A stretch of DNA of 64,000 nt from Nitrososphaeria archaeon (GTDB lineage: Archaea; Thermoproteota; Nitrososphaeria; JACIWG01). The position numbers were made by a program, and so were the translations under genes. Location of the stretch: contig CAVVXT010000012.1 of assembly GCA_963752255.1 (NCBI GenBank), positions 128,001 to 192,000 on the forward strand, written 5' to 3'. The notes beneath the pieces were generated by a model, which saw nothing but the letters and a program-made list of their open reading frames with translations, did no database searches and was not told where the DNA came from. Positions 21,131-29,040 of the stretch are shown here, one piece after another (the first letter of the stretch is position 1; the number at the start of each line of letters is the position of its first letter).

Positions 21131-21480
21131 ACATTATCCCTCTTACAGCCCTTCTTTGGACAAACATTCTTTACCCAATATGCAACCTTGGACTTCATAA
21201 ACAGATCACATCTCATTTCCTTTTTAGAGCCCACAGATAACCATTTCTGAAGCATAATGCCATCTGTAGCATTGCATACTGAACAATATTAGCTAGACAC
21301 TTAACCTTATCAAGAATTCTTATATTTTCTATGAAGTGGATCTTAACGAAGAAGGTTTATTTTCGAAGTGTTTGTACTTTCTTCTAAAAACACTAAAGAT
21401 AATTTACATGAAGGACACAAGAGACTGTTATCAAACTGATAGACTTTTTTCTTAGCATTTTTTTATCAAAAAAATAGGGG

Positions 21481-21573
21481 TTAGAGAATATAGTGTTTCC
21501 TTCGTTTTTTCTCTTCTATTTTGGGCGTTAAACCCATTTCTTCTTCAATTGCGTCTACGTCTTTCCATGGCAT
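21481..21573 (-). CDS. Micro-ORF, 30 aa
   Basis: MPWKDVDAIEEEMGLTPKIEEKKRRKHYIL followed immediately by a CCCCTATTTTTT terminator-like tract. Confidence 0.4.
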   Translation of the reverse strand: MPWKDVDAIEEEMGLTPKIEEKKRRKHYIL

Positions 21574-21655
21574 TTTAAATCGCTGTGTCCACACTGCAAA
21601 GAGGACTGCTATTTACATGTTTTTTTTACATTTATTGATAAATTAATAAAAAAAA

Positions 21656-21832
21656 TTGCACAATATAACTGATATAGAACAAGTAGCAGCTAACAGAGTT
21701 CTCCAAGAAGATTGGGCGAGTAAATCGAATTTTTATGAGGAAGATTTTGCGAATAAAATAGGTGCGACCTTGAGCAAACATCAATACTGGGATTGCACTT
21801 GGAATGGTTTACATATAGAATCTATTAGTTAA
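21656..21832 (+). pseudogene. Truncated ORF, possible PD-(D/E)XK nuclease remnant
   Basis: 58 codons ...FYEEDFANKIG...YWDCTWNGLHIE, ending where an ExK would be expected, about 50 bp before repeat copy B. Confidence 0.3.
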
Positions 21833-21879
21833 TCTCGAGCCTTCTTTGTTTCACGTAGTAGAAGAGGATTTTTAATATA

Positions 21880-22275
21880 TTGTGAATGTTAAATACTCTT
21901 ATAAGGGAGAAGGTTCTTTCTAATACTTAAGTGATAAAATGATCTTTATCAGTTTAATGAAGTTCAGGCAGAAGCCTACAAAGGAATTGATTGCTGAAAA
22001 CGCGAAGCTCTATGAAAAAGAAAGGAAAGAAGGAGTAAAGAGTCTTGGAACATATTATACATTAGGCAGATACGACGCAGTCGGCATAATTGAAGCGCCT
22101 GATGAAAAAACAGCTTTGAAACTCGCGATGAGAAGAGGATTCCTCACAAGTGAGACGCTCGTCGCAGTACCCGCAGAAGAAGCCAGAAAACTCGTCGAAT
22201 AACCAAACACACCTTCACAACATTTTTTGTATATACTATAACGCTATTTTTTGAGTTAGTTTATCCCTAGCCTTT
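21880..22275 (+). repeat. Direct repeat, copy B
   Basis: Matches 17218-17625 with an offset of 4662 bp at the start codons. Confidence 0.95.
21939..22202 (+). CDS. GYD-domain protein (copy B)
   Basis: YYTLGRYDAVGIIEAPDE; paralog of 17277-17543. Confidence 0.9.
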   Translation: MIFISLMKFRQKPTKELIAENAKLYEKERKEGVKSLGTYYTLGRYDAVGIIEAPDEKTALKLAMRRGFLTSETLVAVPAEEARKLVE

Positions 22276-22299
22276 TCTGTTATTTTCAAAAATAGGAGT

Positions 22300-22320
22300 A
22301 GGGGTTGTTGACCCCTTTAA
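22300..22320 (-). terminator. Hairpin between convergent GYD genes
   Basis: AGGGGT-TGTTG-ACCCCT inverted repeat just past the stop of the 22335-22628 gene. Confidence 0.4.
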
Positions 22321-22334
22321 TGTTTCTATGGTGG

Positions 22335-22628
22335 TTATGGAAGTTTTGCGATTAGTTTCGCGCCTTCCTCCGCTGAAAAGGCTTTGAGGGTTATTGTGCG
22401 GACATTGCCTCCCATTGCGACAGCTAGCGAATTTATAAATGCGTTCTCATCGTTGTCGCTTTCTACTAATATCACCATGTCATATAGACCAAACGTGTAC
22501 CAAAAGCCTAGCCATTTTCCGCCTGTCTTTTCGACAAGGGCTTTTTCCTTTGCTACCCGCTTAGAAGATTCCTTGACATTCTTTATCCCTTGGTCCGTCC
22601 AATTTACGAGTTGAATAAAGTATGGCAT
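22335..22628 (-). CDS. GYD-domain protein (canonical type)
   Basis: YFIQLVNWTDQGIKNVKES..R, WYTFGLYD, GNVRTITLKAF. Confidence 0.92.
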   Translation of the reverse strand: MPYFIQLVNWTDQGIKNVKESSKRVAKEKALVEKTGGKWLGFWYTFGLYDMVILVESDNDENAFINSLAVAMGGNVRTITLKAFSAEEGAKLIAKLP

Positions 22629-23067
22629 AGATTATTTTTGAAATATTCCTATATAAAGTTAACAGCCATCAACAGTCATCATCAACAATCAACATCCATC
22701 ATAAGCGTTCATCATCCGCCATCACTTGACCAATTGTCATAGTGGACAATAGGGTACCCTATGTCAACAAGGCAATAGTAGCGCTCAAAAGGGATAGGAG
22801 TATGACGGAGAGCACAGATATAATAAAGCAGCGTGAAAAGGACTTCGATTTAAGCCAGAGCAGGATTTGTGAGCTCATGTCTGATGAATATAAACGGGCA
22901 TACGGATATATTTGGGCACTAGCTTTTTTGTCAAGCCTTTTTACGCTTTATGACCCTTAATATTGTACTGGGGCATCATCCGATTTTTTTAGGCATTTTT
23001 TTGGAAACCTTATCTTATGGTATTCCTATAAGATTTAACGGAAACTTTTTGTCGCGAGCCGGATGTC

Positions 23068-23119
23068 TAACGTTATTATAAAATGTTTTTATATAACGTT
23101 TTTATATAATGTTATTATG
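23068..23119 (+). repeat. Four tandem 13-bp repeats (consensus TAAYGTTWTTATA)
   Basis: taacgttattata / aaatgtttttata / taacgtttttata / taatgttattatg; the last unit ends in the ATG of the HTH fragment. Confidence 0.8.
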
Positions 23120-23224
23120 CCAAGAAAAAAAGGGGACGACGACGAGCTGACAAGGAAGGCGCTCGAGCTTAGAGGTAAGGGCTTGAGCTATAGGGAAATG
23201 ATAGGGCTTTATAGTAGAAGCTAG
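23117..23224 (+). pseudogene. Truncated helix-turn-helix protein
   Basis: MPRKKGDDDELTRKALELRGKGLSYREM then an abrupt stop; ALELR..GLSYRE is a typical HTH start. Confidence 0.55.
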
Positions 23225-23495
23225 TATCTTTGTCAATAGAAAGTCGGTAGATCATAGAGTTATCATACAAGAGCTCGTTGGACACTAAGATGGTCATGGG
23301 AAAAGAATTTATTGTCGAAACAACTTAAGTTACACAAAGAGGCTCTTGAGGTTTTTAAGAAAAGATTATAAAAAAAATCTATTTCAAAGAATGCAATCCA
23401 ACAATGCCTTAGGATAAGTTCTATCTATTGCCTCAGTTAATAGAAGTAAAGGTTAGCTTCTATAACAGATTTAACTTAACTTAATGTTTTATACT

Positions 23496-23705
23496 CTATT
23501 CTTTTGCGAGGATTACTTCCGTTGATTTTATTATTACCTTTACTTTATCTCCCTTCTTTATCTTAAGGTCTTCAACTGCCTCTTTGGTAATAACAGACGT
23601 AACTGTAGCGGGAGCTTCAACCTTCACCTTTACCTTTGCGGTAATTATACCTATTTCAATGTCTTCTACTTTTCCCTCAAACTGGTTTCTTGCGCTTAAT
23701 TTCAT
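23496..23705 (-). CDS. Mop/TOBE molybdate-binding protein
   Basis: MKLSARNQFEGKV, SVITKEAVEDL, IIKSTEV. Confidence 0.93.
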   Translation of the reverse strand: MKLSARNQFEGKVEDIEIGIITAKVKVKVEAPATVTSVITKEAVEDLKIKKGDKVKVIIKSTEVILAKE

Positions 23706-23919
23706 TTATATCGCCAATTATTTATTGAAGTTAAGGCATATAAAAGCGTTTGCAAATAAAAAAAATTTTTAAGATTGTTTGGGTGAAACAATAGTTATTA
23801 TGAAGATCTTATTCTTTAACCCCTCTTCAGGCCTTTTCTGTCATTTATCGCGCTTATGCATTTTGTAAAAGAAGACACGAATTATCAATTTTTAAATAGA
23901 ACTTCCTACAATGTTATAG

Positions 23920-24264
23920 ATGATTTGTTTGGATTTAGCGAAACAAAAGTGCGTTCCATGTGAAGGTGGGACACCACCAATGTCGAGAGCTGAAGCAGAG
24001 AAATATATTCCAGAGATTCCAGGTTGGACATTGTATGAGGATCACATAGAGAAAGAATATAAATTCAGCAGCTATCTAGATGGCCTAGAGTTTGCATATA
24101 GGCTCGGCAAAACTGCCGAAGAACAGGATCATCACCCTGATATCCTGATTAGGTGGAAACGTGTTAAGGTCACTTTGACGACGCACGCTATCAAGGGTTT
24201 GAGTGCCAATGATTTTATTATGGCCGCGAAAGCTGAAAAAATCTTTAGTGGGAAAGGAGCTTAA
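23920..24264 (+). CDS. Pterin-4-alpha-carbinolamine dehydratase
   Basis: CVPCEGG, AEEQDHHPD, TTHAIKGLSANDFIMAAK. Confidence 0.93.
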   Translation: MICLDLAKQKCVPCEGGTPPMSRAEAEKYIPEIPGWTLYEDHIEKEYKFSSYLDGLEFAYRLGKTAEEQDHHPDILIRWKRVKVTLTTHAIKGLSANDFIMAAKAEKIFSGKGA

Positions 24265-24348
24265 TCAACCCTTTCCATCGCCAGTGCTTCAAACCTCACT
24301 AGGTATACAACTTTCTAGAACCCTTTAGTATATGAAAAAAAGGATGAG

Positions 24349-24921
24349 TCACCAGTTCTCTGCGAGCACTTCGTAGAATGCCTGTGGATGTTTGCATGCG
24401 GGGCATACCTTCGGAGCTTCCGTACCTACGTGGGTGTACCCACAATTTCTGCAGTGCCAGATTACCGGTTTTTCCCTTTTAAAGAATGAGCCTGATTGCA
24501 CGATTTTCAATAGTGCTCTATATCGCCTTTCATGAAACTGCTCCACTTCAGCGACTTCCGTAAACGATTTTGCTATATTCAAAAAGCCTTCTTCTTGCGC
24601 AATCTTGGAAAACGAAGGATACAAGGTGCCCCACTCCATCTTTTCACCTTCAGCCGCTGCCTGTAGGTTATCGGCAACCCTACCTAAAACTCCTGCAGGA
24701 AAAGATGCCGTAATTTCTACCGCACCGCCCTGTAGATAGCTGAAGAATATTTTGGCGTGCTCCTTTTCGTTGTCCGCGGTTTCCAAGAAGATCGCGGAAA
24801 CCTGTTCAAGACCTTCGCTGCGAGCAGCGCTCGCAAAGTAGGTGTAACGGTTTCTTGCTTGAGACTCTCCAGCGAATGCTCCTAGGAGATTCTTTTCTGT
24901 TCTGCTCCCTTTTAATTCCAT
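24349..24921 (-). CDS. rbr: Rubrerythrin
   Basis: AFAGESQARNRY, EKEHA, EQFHE, C-terminal CRNCG...CPACKHP. Confidence 0.96.
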   Translation of the reverse strand: MELKGSRTEKNLLGAFAGESQARNRYTYFASAARSEGLEQVSAIFLETADNEKEHAKIFFSYLQGGAVEITASFPAGVLGRVADNLQAAAEGEKMEWGTLYPSFSKIAQEEGFLNIAKSFTEVAEVEQFHERRYRALLKIVQSGSFFKREKPVIWHCRNCGYTHVGTEAPKVCPACKHPQAFYEVLAENW

Positions 24922-24997
24922 ATTCTTTTCCTCTGATCGAAGCCTATCCTATTTTAATTATATTAATTTTTTGTAATTAAGGCGCTTATACGGTTTA

Positions 24998-25573
24998 TCA
25001 TGGATTCCCGTTCATCATCATCTTTAGCGCTTCTTCTCTTTTCGCCTGTGAAGTTTCAAAAATTCCTCTGGCTGTGCTTGAGACCGTTTCAACATTGGGC
25101 ATGGTAACACCCCTCATTTCAAGACAAAGGTGTCTAGCCTTTACTAACACGAAAACACCTTTTGCATTCAACTTTGCAAGGAGATAGTCTGCTATCTGCT
25201 CGGAGAAAGTTTCCTGCACCTGCAACCTCAGCGAAAAGAACTTGACCACCCTAGGAATCTTTGATAGCCCCACAATCTTTTCCCCTGGTATGTACGCTAT
25301 CGAGACATCACCAAAGATAGGTAACATGTGATGGGCGCAAACGGAGTAGAAAGGTATTTTTTTTACTGCGATTATATCATTGTATCCGGTGTTACTGAAT
25401 AAAGTCATCTTCGGCTCATTCCTTTCATCCATACCCGAAAAAAGTTCCAAGTACATCTTAGCAACTCGTCTCGGTGTATTTCTGTAGGTCTCAGACCCCT
25501 TTTCTACGCCGATTTCATCCAATATGGTTCTAACAGCCTGCTCTAACCTGTGTTCGCTCGAGCTGGGTTTCAT
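24998..25573 (-). CDS. folE: GTP cyclohydrolase IA
   Basis: TPRRVAK, SVCAHHMLP, GLSKIPR, RLQVQE, HLCLEMRGV. Confidence 0.95.
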   Translation of the reverse strand: MKPSSSEHRLEQAVRTILDEIGVEKGSETYRNTPRRVAKMYLELFSGMDERNEPKMTLFSNTGYNDIIAVKKIPFYSVCAHHMLPIFGDVSIAYIPGEKIVGLSKIPRVVKFFSLRLQVQETFSEQIADYLLAKLNAKGVFVLVKARHLCLEMRGVTMPNVETVSSTARGIFETSQAKREEALKMMMNGNP

Positions 25574-25930
25574 TTACTCCCAGTACTCCGCGTAATTCTT
25601 CGGGGATTCCCAGACCCTGACCTTCTCCAAGTTGTTTACATCAGCCTTCTTCAGTTCTCTGAATATCGTCTTTGCAATGTTCTCAGAAGTTGTGTCGTTT
25701 CCCATGATGTCATTTAGGTGCTTATGGTCGTATTTATCAACTATGATTCTGAGAGCTTGTTTTAAATCAATAAAATCGGCGCCTACAAGTATTCCGTTAT
25801 CATCAAGCTGATTTCCTATAATAAAAACCTCAACCTTATATGAATGACCATGCAGGTTCCTACACTTACCTGGATGCCCTGGAATTATATGTGAAGCATC
25901 AAAGCTATCCTCGATCCTTACTCTGAACAT
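25574..25930 (-). CDS. queD: 6-carboxytetrahydropterin synthase
   Basis: FDASH, CRNLHGHSY (CxxxHGH), DHKHLN, SENIA, VWES. Confidence 0.93.
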   Translation of the reverse strand: MFRVRIEDSFDASHIIPGHPGKCRNLHGHSYKVEVFIIGNQLDDNGILVGADFIDLKQALRIIVDKYDHKHLNDIMGNDTTSENIAKTIFRELKKADVNNLEKVRVWESPKNYAEYWE

Positions 25931-26086
25931 AAATATGTTAACACATCAGTGATATTTATATTTACAAATGCAAGTGGATTTTAATAAACCGACTAGGAAC
26001 TCCTTAAAGAATTGATCAACGTCGTATAAAATAATAAAAAATAATCACTTAAACGACATCATGTACCTTTTTTGATTCTTAAAAAA

Positions 26087-26504
26087 TTACATATACTTGC
26101 TTATTTTCTTTGTGACACGATCTAATTCTTCGTGACTTAATCCTTGAATTCTTTGAGTCTGATGGAACATCTGCTCTCCAGGTTCTAGGAATTATGTGTA
26201 CGTGTAGATGTGGTACGCGCTGGCCTGCGGCAATTCCGTTTCTTTGGGTTATCACAATTCCTTCTGCGTTAATTCCTTTCTTTACAGCAATCGCAACCCT
26301 TTTGACTATTTTGAACAAAATTGCAATCTCATCGTCGGAAATGTTAAAAATAGTTTCTATGTGCTTTTTAGGAATAACGAGTGTATGCCCTTCACTTATG
26401 GGGTTTATGTCCAAGAAAGCTATCGCATGTTCATCCTCATAAATCAAATTGGTTGACTCTTCTTTCTTCACCAATTTACAAAATGTGCAGGTATCATTTG
26501 ACAT
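26087..26504 (-). CDS. HIT-family hydrolase, frameshifted after IIPR
   Basis: CTFC, GHTLVIPKKH, GQRVPHLHVHIIPR; the alternative frame gives a typical tail SHEELDRVTKKISKYM* ending at 26087. Confidence 0.88.
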
Positions 26505-26668
26505 AATTTCACCTTATTATCTATGCTATGTGACTGTATTTGACTTTTTTTCTTTTCTTTCATAAGCAATAGACTCAGAAATCAATGTGAATACAATGAG
26601 TTAAGCTTTTAAGAAAATAAATAAAAATTATATATCACTTTTAAACAGTAATATGCCGGTAATTTATG

Positions 26669-26975
26669 TCAAAGGATTTGGTCTGTGGTATGGAAGTTGA
26701 CGAGAAGACATCTAAATTGAAGTCTGAATATAAGGGTAAAACATATTATTTCTGTGCATCGATGTGCAAGCAGAAATTTGATAAAAACCCAGAAAAGTAT
26801 GTTAGATAAGATCTTCAAGTATGTTATGAAATTTAAATCCCCGTGAAATAACCAGATGTATACGGCTCCTACGAGAAAGATGGTGATAACAGAAATGGCT
26901 ATGTAGTCTCTAATTGCCATCTTTATTTCTTTCAGTTCTGTCGGTTTAATAGCGGCTTCGTAGCCTCTAAGGATA
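26669..26975 (-). pseudogene. Membrane-protein fragment, possibly the 3' end of an ECF transporter T subunit
   Basis: In-frame upstream extension LRGYEAAIKPTELKEIKMAIRDY followed by a TM segment resembles the EcfT C-terminus; no start for a full gene. Confidence 0.3.
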
Positions 26976-27104
26976 TCGACATTATAAACTTTAACACATC
27001 TATATTAAAATATTAACATAAACAAGGCAAATTCTATAGAAAAATGTATAAAGAAAGGTGATTTGGATGCAATTCTTATATATCTTATATAACAGTAGTT
27101 TACT

Positions 27105-27791
27105 ATGGAAATAGTCGACAAGATTCCCATTGAACTAGACACGGGAGAAATAATTAAAACTCAAAAGTTGGGTAAGGTGAGGGAGGCCGAAGTCAATGCT
27201 CTCGTCGAAAAAGCAGCCACACTTATTGAACCTAGAGCCGTCTATTCTTTAAAAGAAGTTACAAGGGTAGGAGATGATGAAGTTCAGCTAGAAGGGGGAC
27301 ACACCTTCAAAAGCCAAGTACTTGCAGATAATTTAAAGCAAGGGCAGACTGTTGCCGTCTATGCTGTGACGATCGGGCCGAAACTTGAAAAAAATGCTTC
27401 TGAAGTAGCTAAAAGCAGCATTCTCCAATCGTTCGTTTTTGAAAAGATCGCGGACTTTGCTGTATCGGAAGCTCGGGACTATGTGAAAGGATTGATTGAG
27501 AGCGAGCTCGGTGGGAAGGTATCGAGCTTTGGACCGGGAACGGGTACGGGAATCCTTTTCGACATAAAGCAACAAAAGGTTCTCTTTATGATACTTGATC
27601 CAATGAAGAGCATAGGTGTACAGCTTTCTCCTAGCTATTTAATGATACCGAGGAAGTCGGTTTCAGGGGTTTTTGCGTTAACAGAAGAGGAATATGTCGC
27701 GTGCCAGTACTGCCCTAAAAAGTGCGATGGTAGGAGGACGGCGTTTATCGGGCAGTATCGAAGCGTCAATTGTGAACATAATCTGCCCTAG
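27105..27791 (+). CDS. Stand-alone B12-dependent methionine synthase activation-domain-like protein
   Basis: AVTIGPKLE, FGPG, QQKVLF, IGVQLSPSYLMIPRKSVSG, C-terminal CxxC...C...RR. Confidence 0.8.
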   Translation: MEIVDKIPIELDTGEIIKTQKLGKVREAEVNALVEKAATLIEPRAVYSLKEVTRVGDDEVQLEGGHTFKSQVLADNLKQGQTVAVYAVTIGPKLEKNASEVAKSSILQSFVFEKIADFAVSEARDYVKGLIESELGGKVSSFGPGTGTGILFDIKQQKVLFMILDPMKSIGVQLSPSYLMIPRKSVSGVFALTEEEYVACQYCPKKCDGRRTAFIGQYRSVNCEHNLP

Positions 27792-28825
27792 AAGTATTTT
27801 TTGAGCCTTTGAGCCATGTCTTCAGGAGTATCGTATGATTCGCCTTCCATCATTATCGTTTGAAGCCCCCAAAGGTCGCTGACAAAAGGTTGTTTGTATC
27901 CAGCGCGTCCCACAATTCTTAAACCCAGACGGAAGTAATTATCCGAATCTTCACCTAGAGGTCCTGAGTATAACAGCATGTTAAAACTTGATAGCCCTTC
28001 GTCCTGATAGAAGCTAAGAACGTTTGACACACCTTTTGCGAACGTTTCAAAGTCTTCTTTGTTCAGGTCCAGAAGACTTGAATGCTTCCTGCTTACAGAC
28101 CAAACCTCATATGTATTTGAAGGGGCGAAAGGAGTGAACCAAGCAGTTTCACCAACACCCCCAATATAACGTTCGCTTTTTTCTTCTTCTTTGATCAAAT
28201 CTAACCAAAAATTATTTTTGTAACGCGAATAGTATTCTTGACTTTTTCCCAATAGTTCCCGTAGTAAATTAAACGATAGGTCACTCACGAGAATCTGTAT
28301 GTGGGGGTGAATAACCGTAGAACCTGATAATGGCAGATAATTTTCGATGAAACAGGCGTAGAATGTTCTATTGTATGTGCGGGAAAGCCTTTTGATATAC
28401 TCCTGTCCGGCTTTGAAAGCGTTGCTCATCTTTTCTGGTGCAAGCTCTTTAGGTTGGAGGTAGTGTTCCTTACTTAGGACAACTATCGCGTTGTTTTCCA
28501 TATGGGCAAACAGGCCCGGAAAAAGTACTGCATCGCCGACCTGTATCTTCCCCTCTTCAATGATTTCAGGTTGGAATTTCGGTGTTGACAATTCAAGTTT
28601 TTCTGGGCAGAAAGGGCAGCTCGCCCTTGTTTTTTCAACAACTTCAGCGATTTCACGTAAATCTGATTCGAAAAGCTTTTTGACATATTGAAACCTACCT
28701 CTGGTTATTACGGTGCTGCGGCCGGTGAGTGGGTCATATCTATGTTCTACGACCTGCTCTTCAGATTCAAAGTTCTTCAGTGGTGAACGAAATTTTGCAT
28801 ATCTAATTTCATTTCTAAACTCCAA
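27788..28825 (-). CDS. Galactose-1-phosphate uridylyltransferase-like (GalT/HIT)
   Basis: RYDPLTG, CPFCP, NY..SGSTVIHPHIQ, PEDMA. Confidence 0.85.
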   Translation of the reverse strand: MEFRNEIRYAKFRSPLKNFESEEQVVEHRYDPLTGRSTVITRGRFQYVKKLFESDLREIAEVVEKTRASCPFCPEKLELSTPKFQPEIIEEGKIQVGDAVLFPGLFAHMENNAIVVLSKEHYLQPKELAPEKMSNAFKAGQEYIKRLSRTYNRTFYACFIENYLPLSGSTVIHPHIQILVSDLSFNLLRELLGKSQEYYSRYKNNFWLDLIKEEEKSERYIGGVGETAWFTPFAPSNTYEVWSVSRKHSSLLDLNKEDFETFAKGVSNVLSFYQDEGLSSFNMLLYSGPLGEDSDNYFRLGLRIVGRAGYKQPFVSDLWGLQTIMMEGESYDTPEDMAQRLKKYF

Positions 28826-29040
28826 GCATATCAGATAAAAGTATTGTACCTTATCTCGTATAAAAGTGTAGCTTCAGATGAGAGAGAGATAACTGTTCAG
28901 CTTTTAGATTTTCAGCTCACATTTTTTAACTGTTGATATCACTTCCCCAAGCCTTCAGGACTGAGCTCTTGCAGCTGTCCCCGCAGACGTAATTTTTTCA
29001 GCCTTAGAAATACTAAAATTGCAATAGAGTAGGGTCTAAG

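Larger units (their letters stand above)
16558..23400. mobile_element. tRNA-adjacent accessory island / decayed integrated element(s)
   Basis: Begins right after tRNA-Gln; low coding density, AT-rich spacers, duplicated cassette, gene fragments and micro-ORFs; no integrase or attR copy found. Confidence 0.45.

Noticed and set aside
20904-21167. 87-aa ORF in the track
   Set aside because: Overlaps the more protein-like 49-aa membrane ORF in another frame; treated as a shadow.
17277-22202. GYD copies as a diversity-generating retroelement TR/VR pair (AAC>TTC and AAC>CTC look DGR-like)
   Set aside because: Many differences involve non-A bases in both copies (CTA/CCT, TGT/TTG, GCC/CTC, GTC/GGC), third-position adenines in unchanged codons are invariant, and no reverse transcriptase is in the window.
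22665-22742. CAT/CAA-rich tract upstream of the third GYD gene
   Set aside because: Low-complexity, no regular period and no convincing ORF on either strand.
22742-22960. 72-aa ORF in the island
   Set aside because: No recognisable motif or clear expression signals; cannot be supported as a gene.
23068-23119. CRISPR mini-array
   Set aside because: The repeats are 13 bp, contiguous, have no spacers, and no cas genes are present.
16558-23400. Intact provirus or integrative element at tRNA-Gln
   Set aside because: No integrase, capsid, packaging or replication gene, and no second copy of the tRNA 3' end (attR) was seen.
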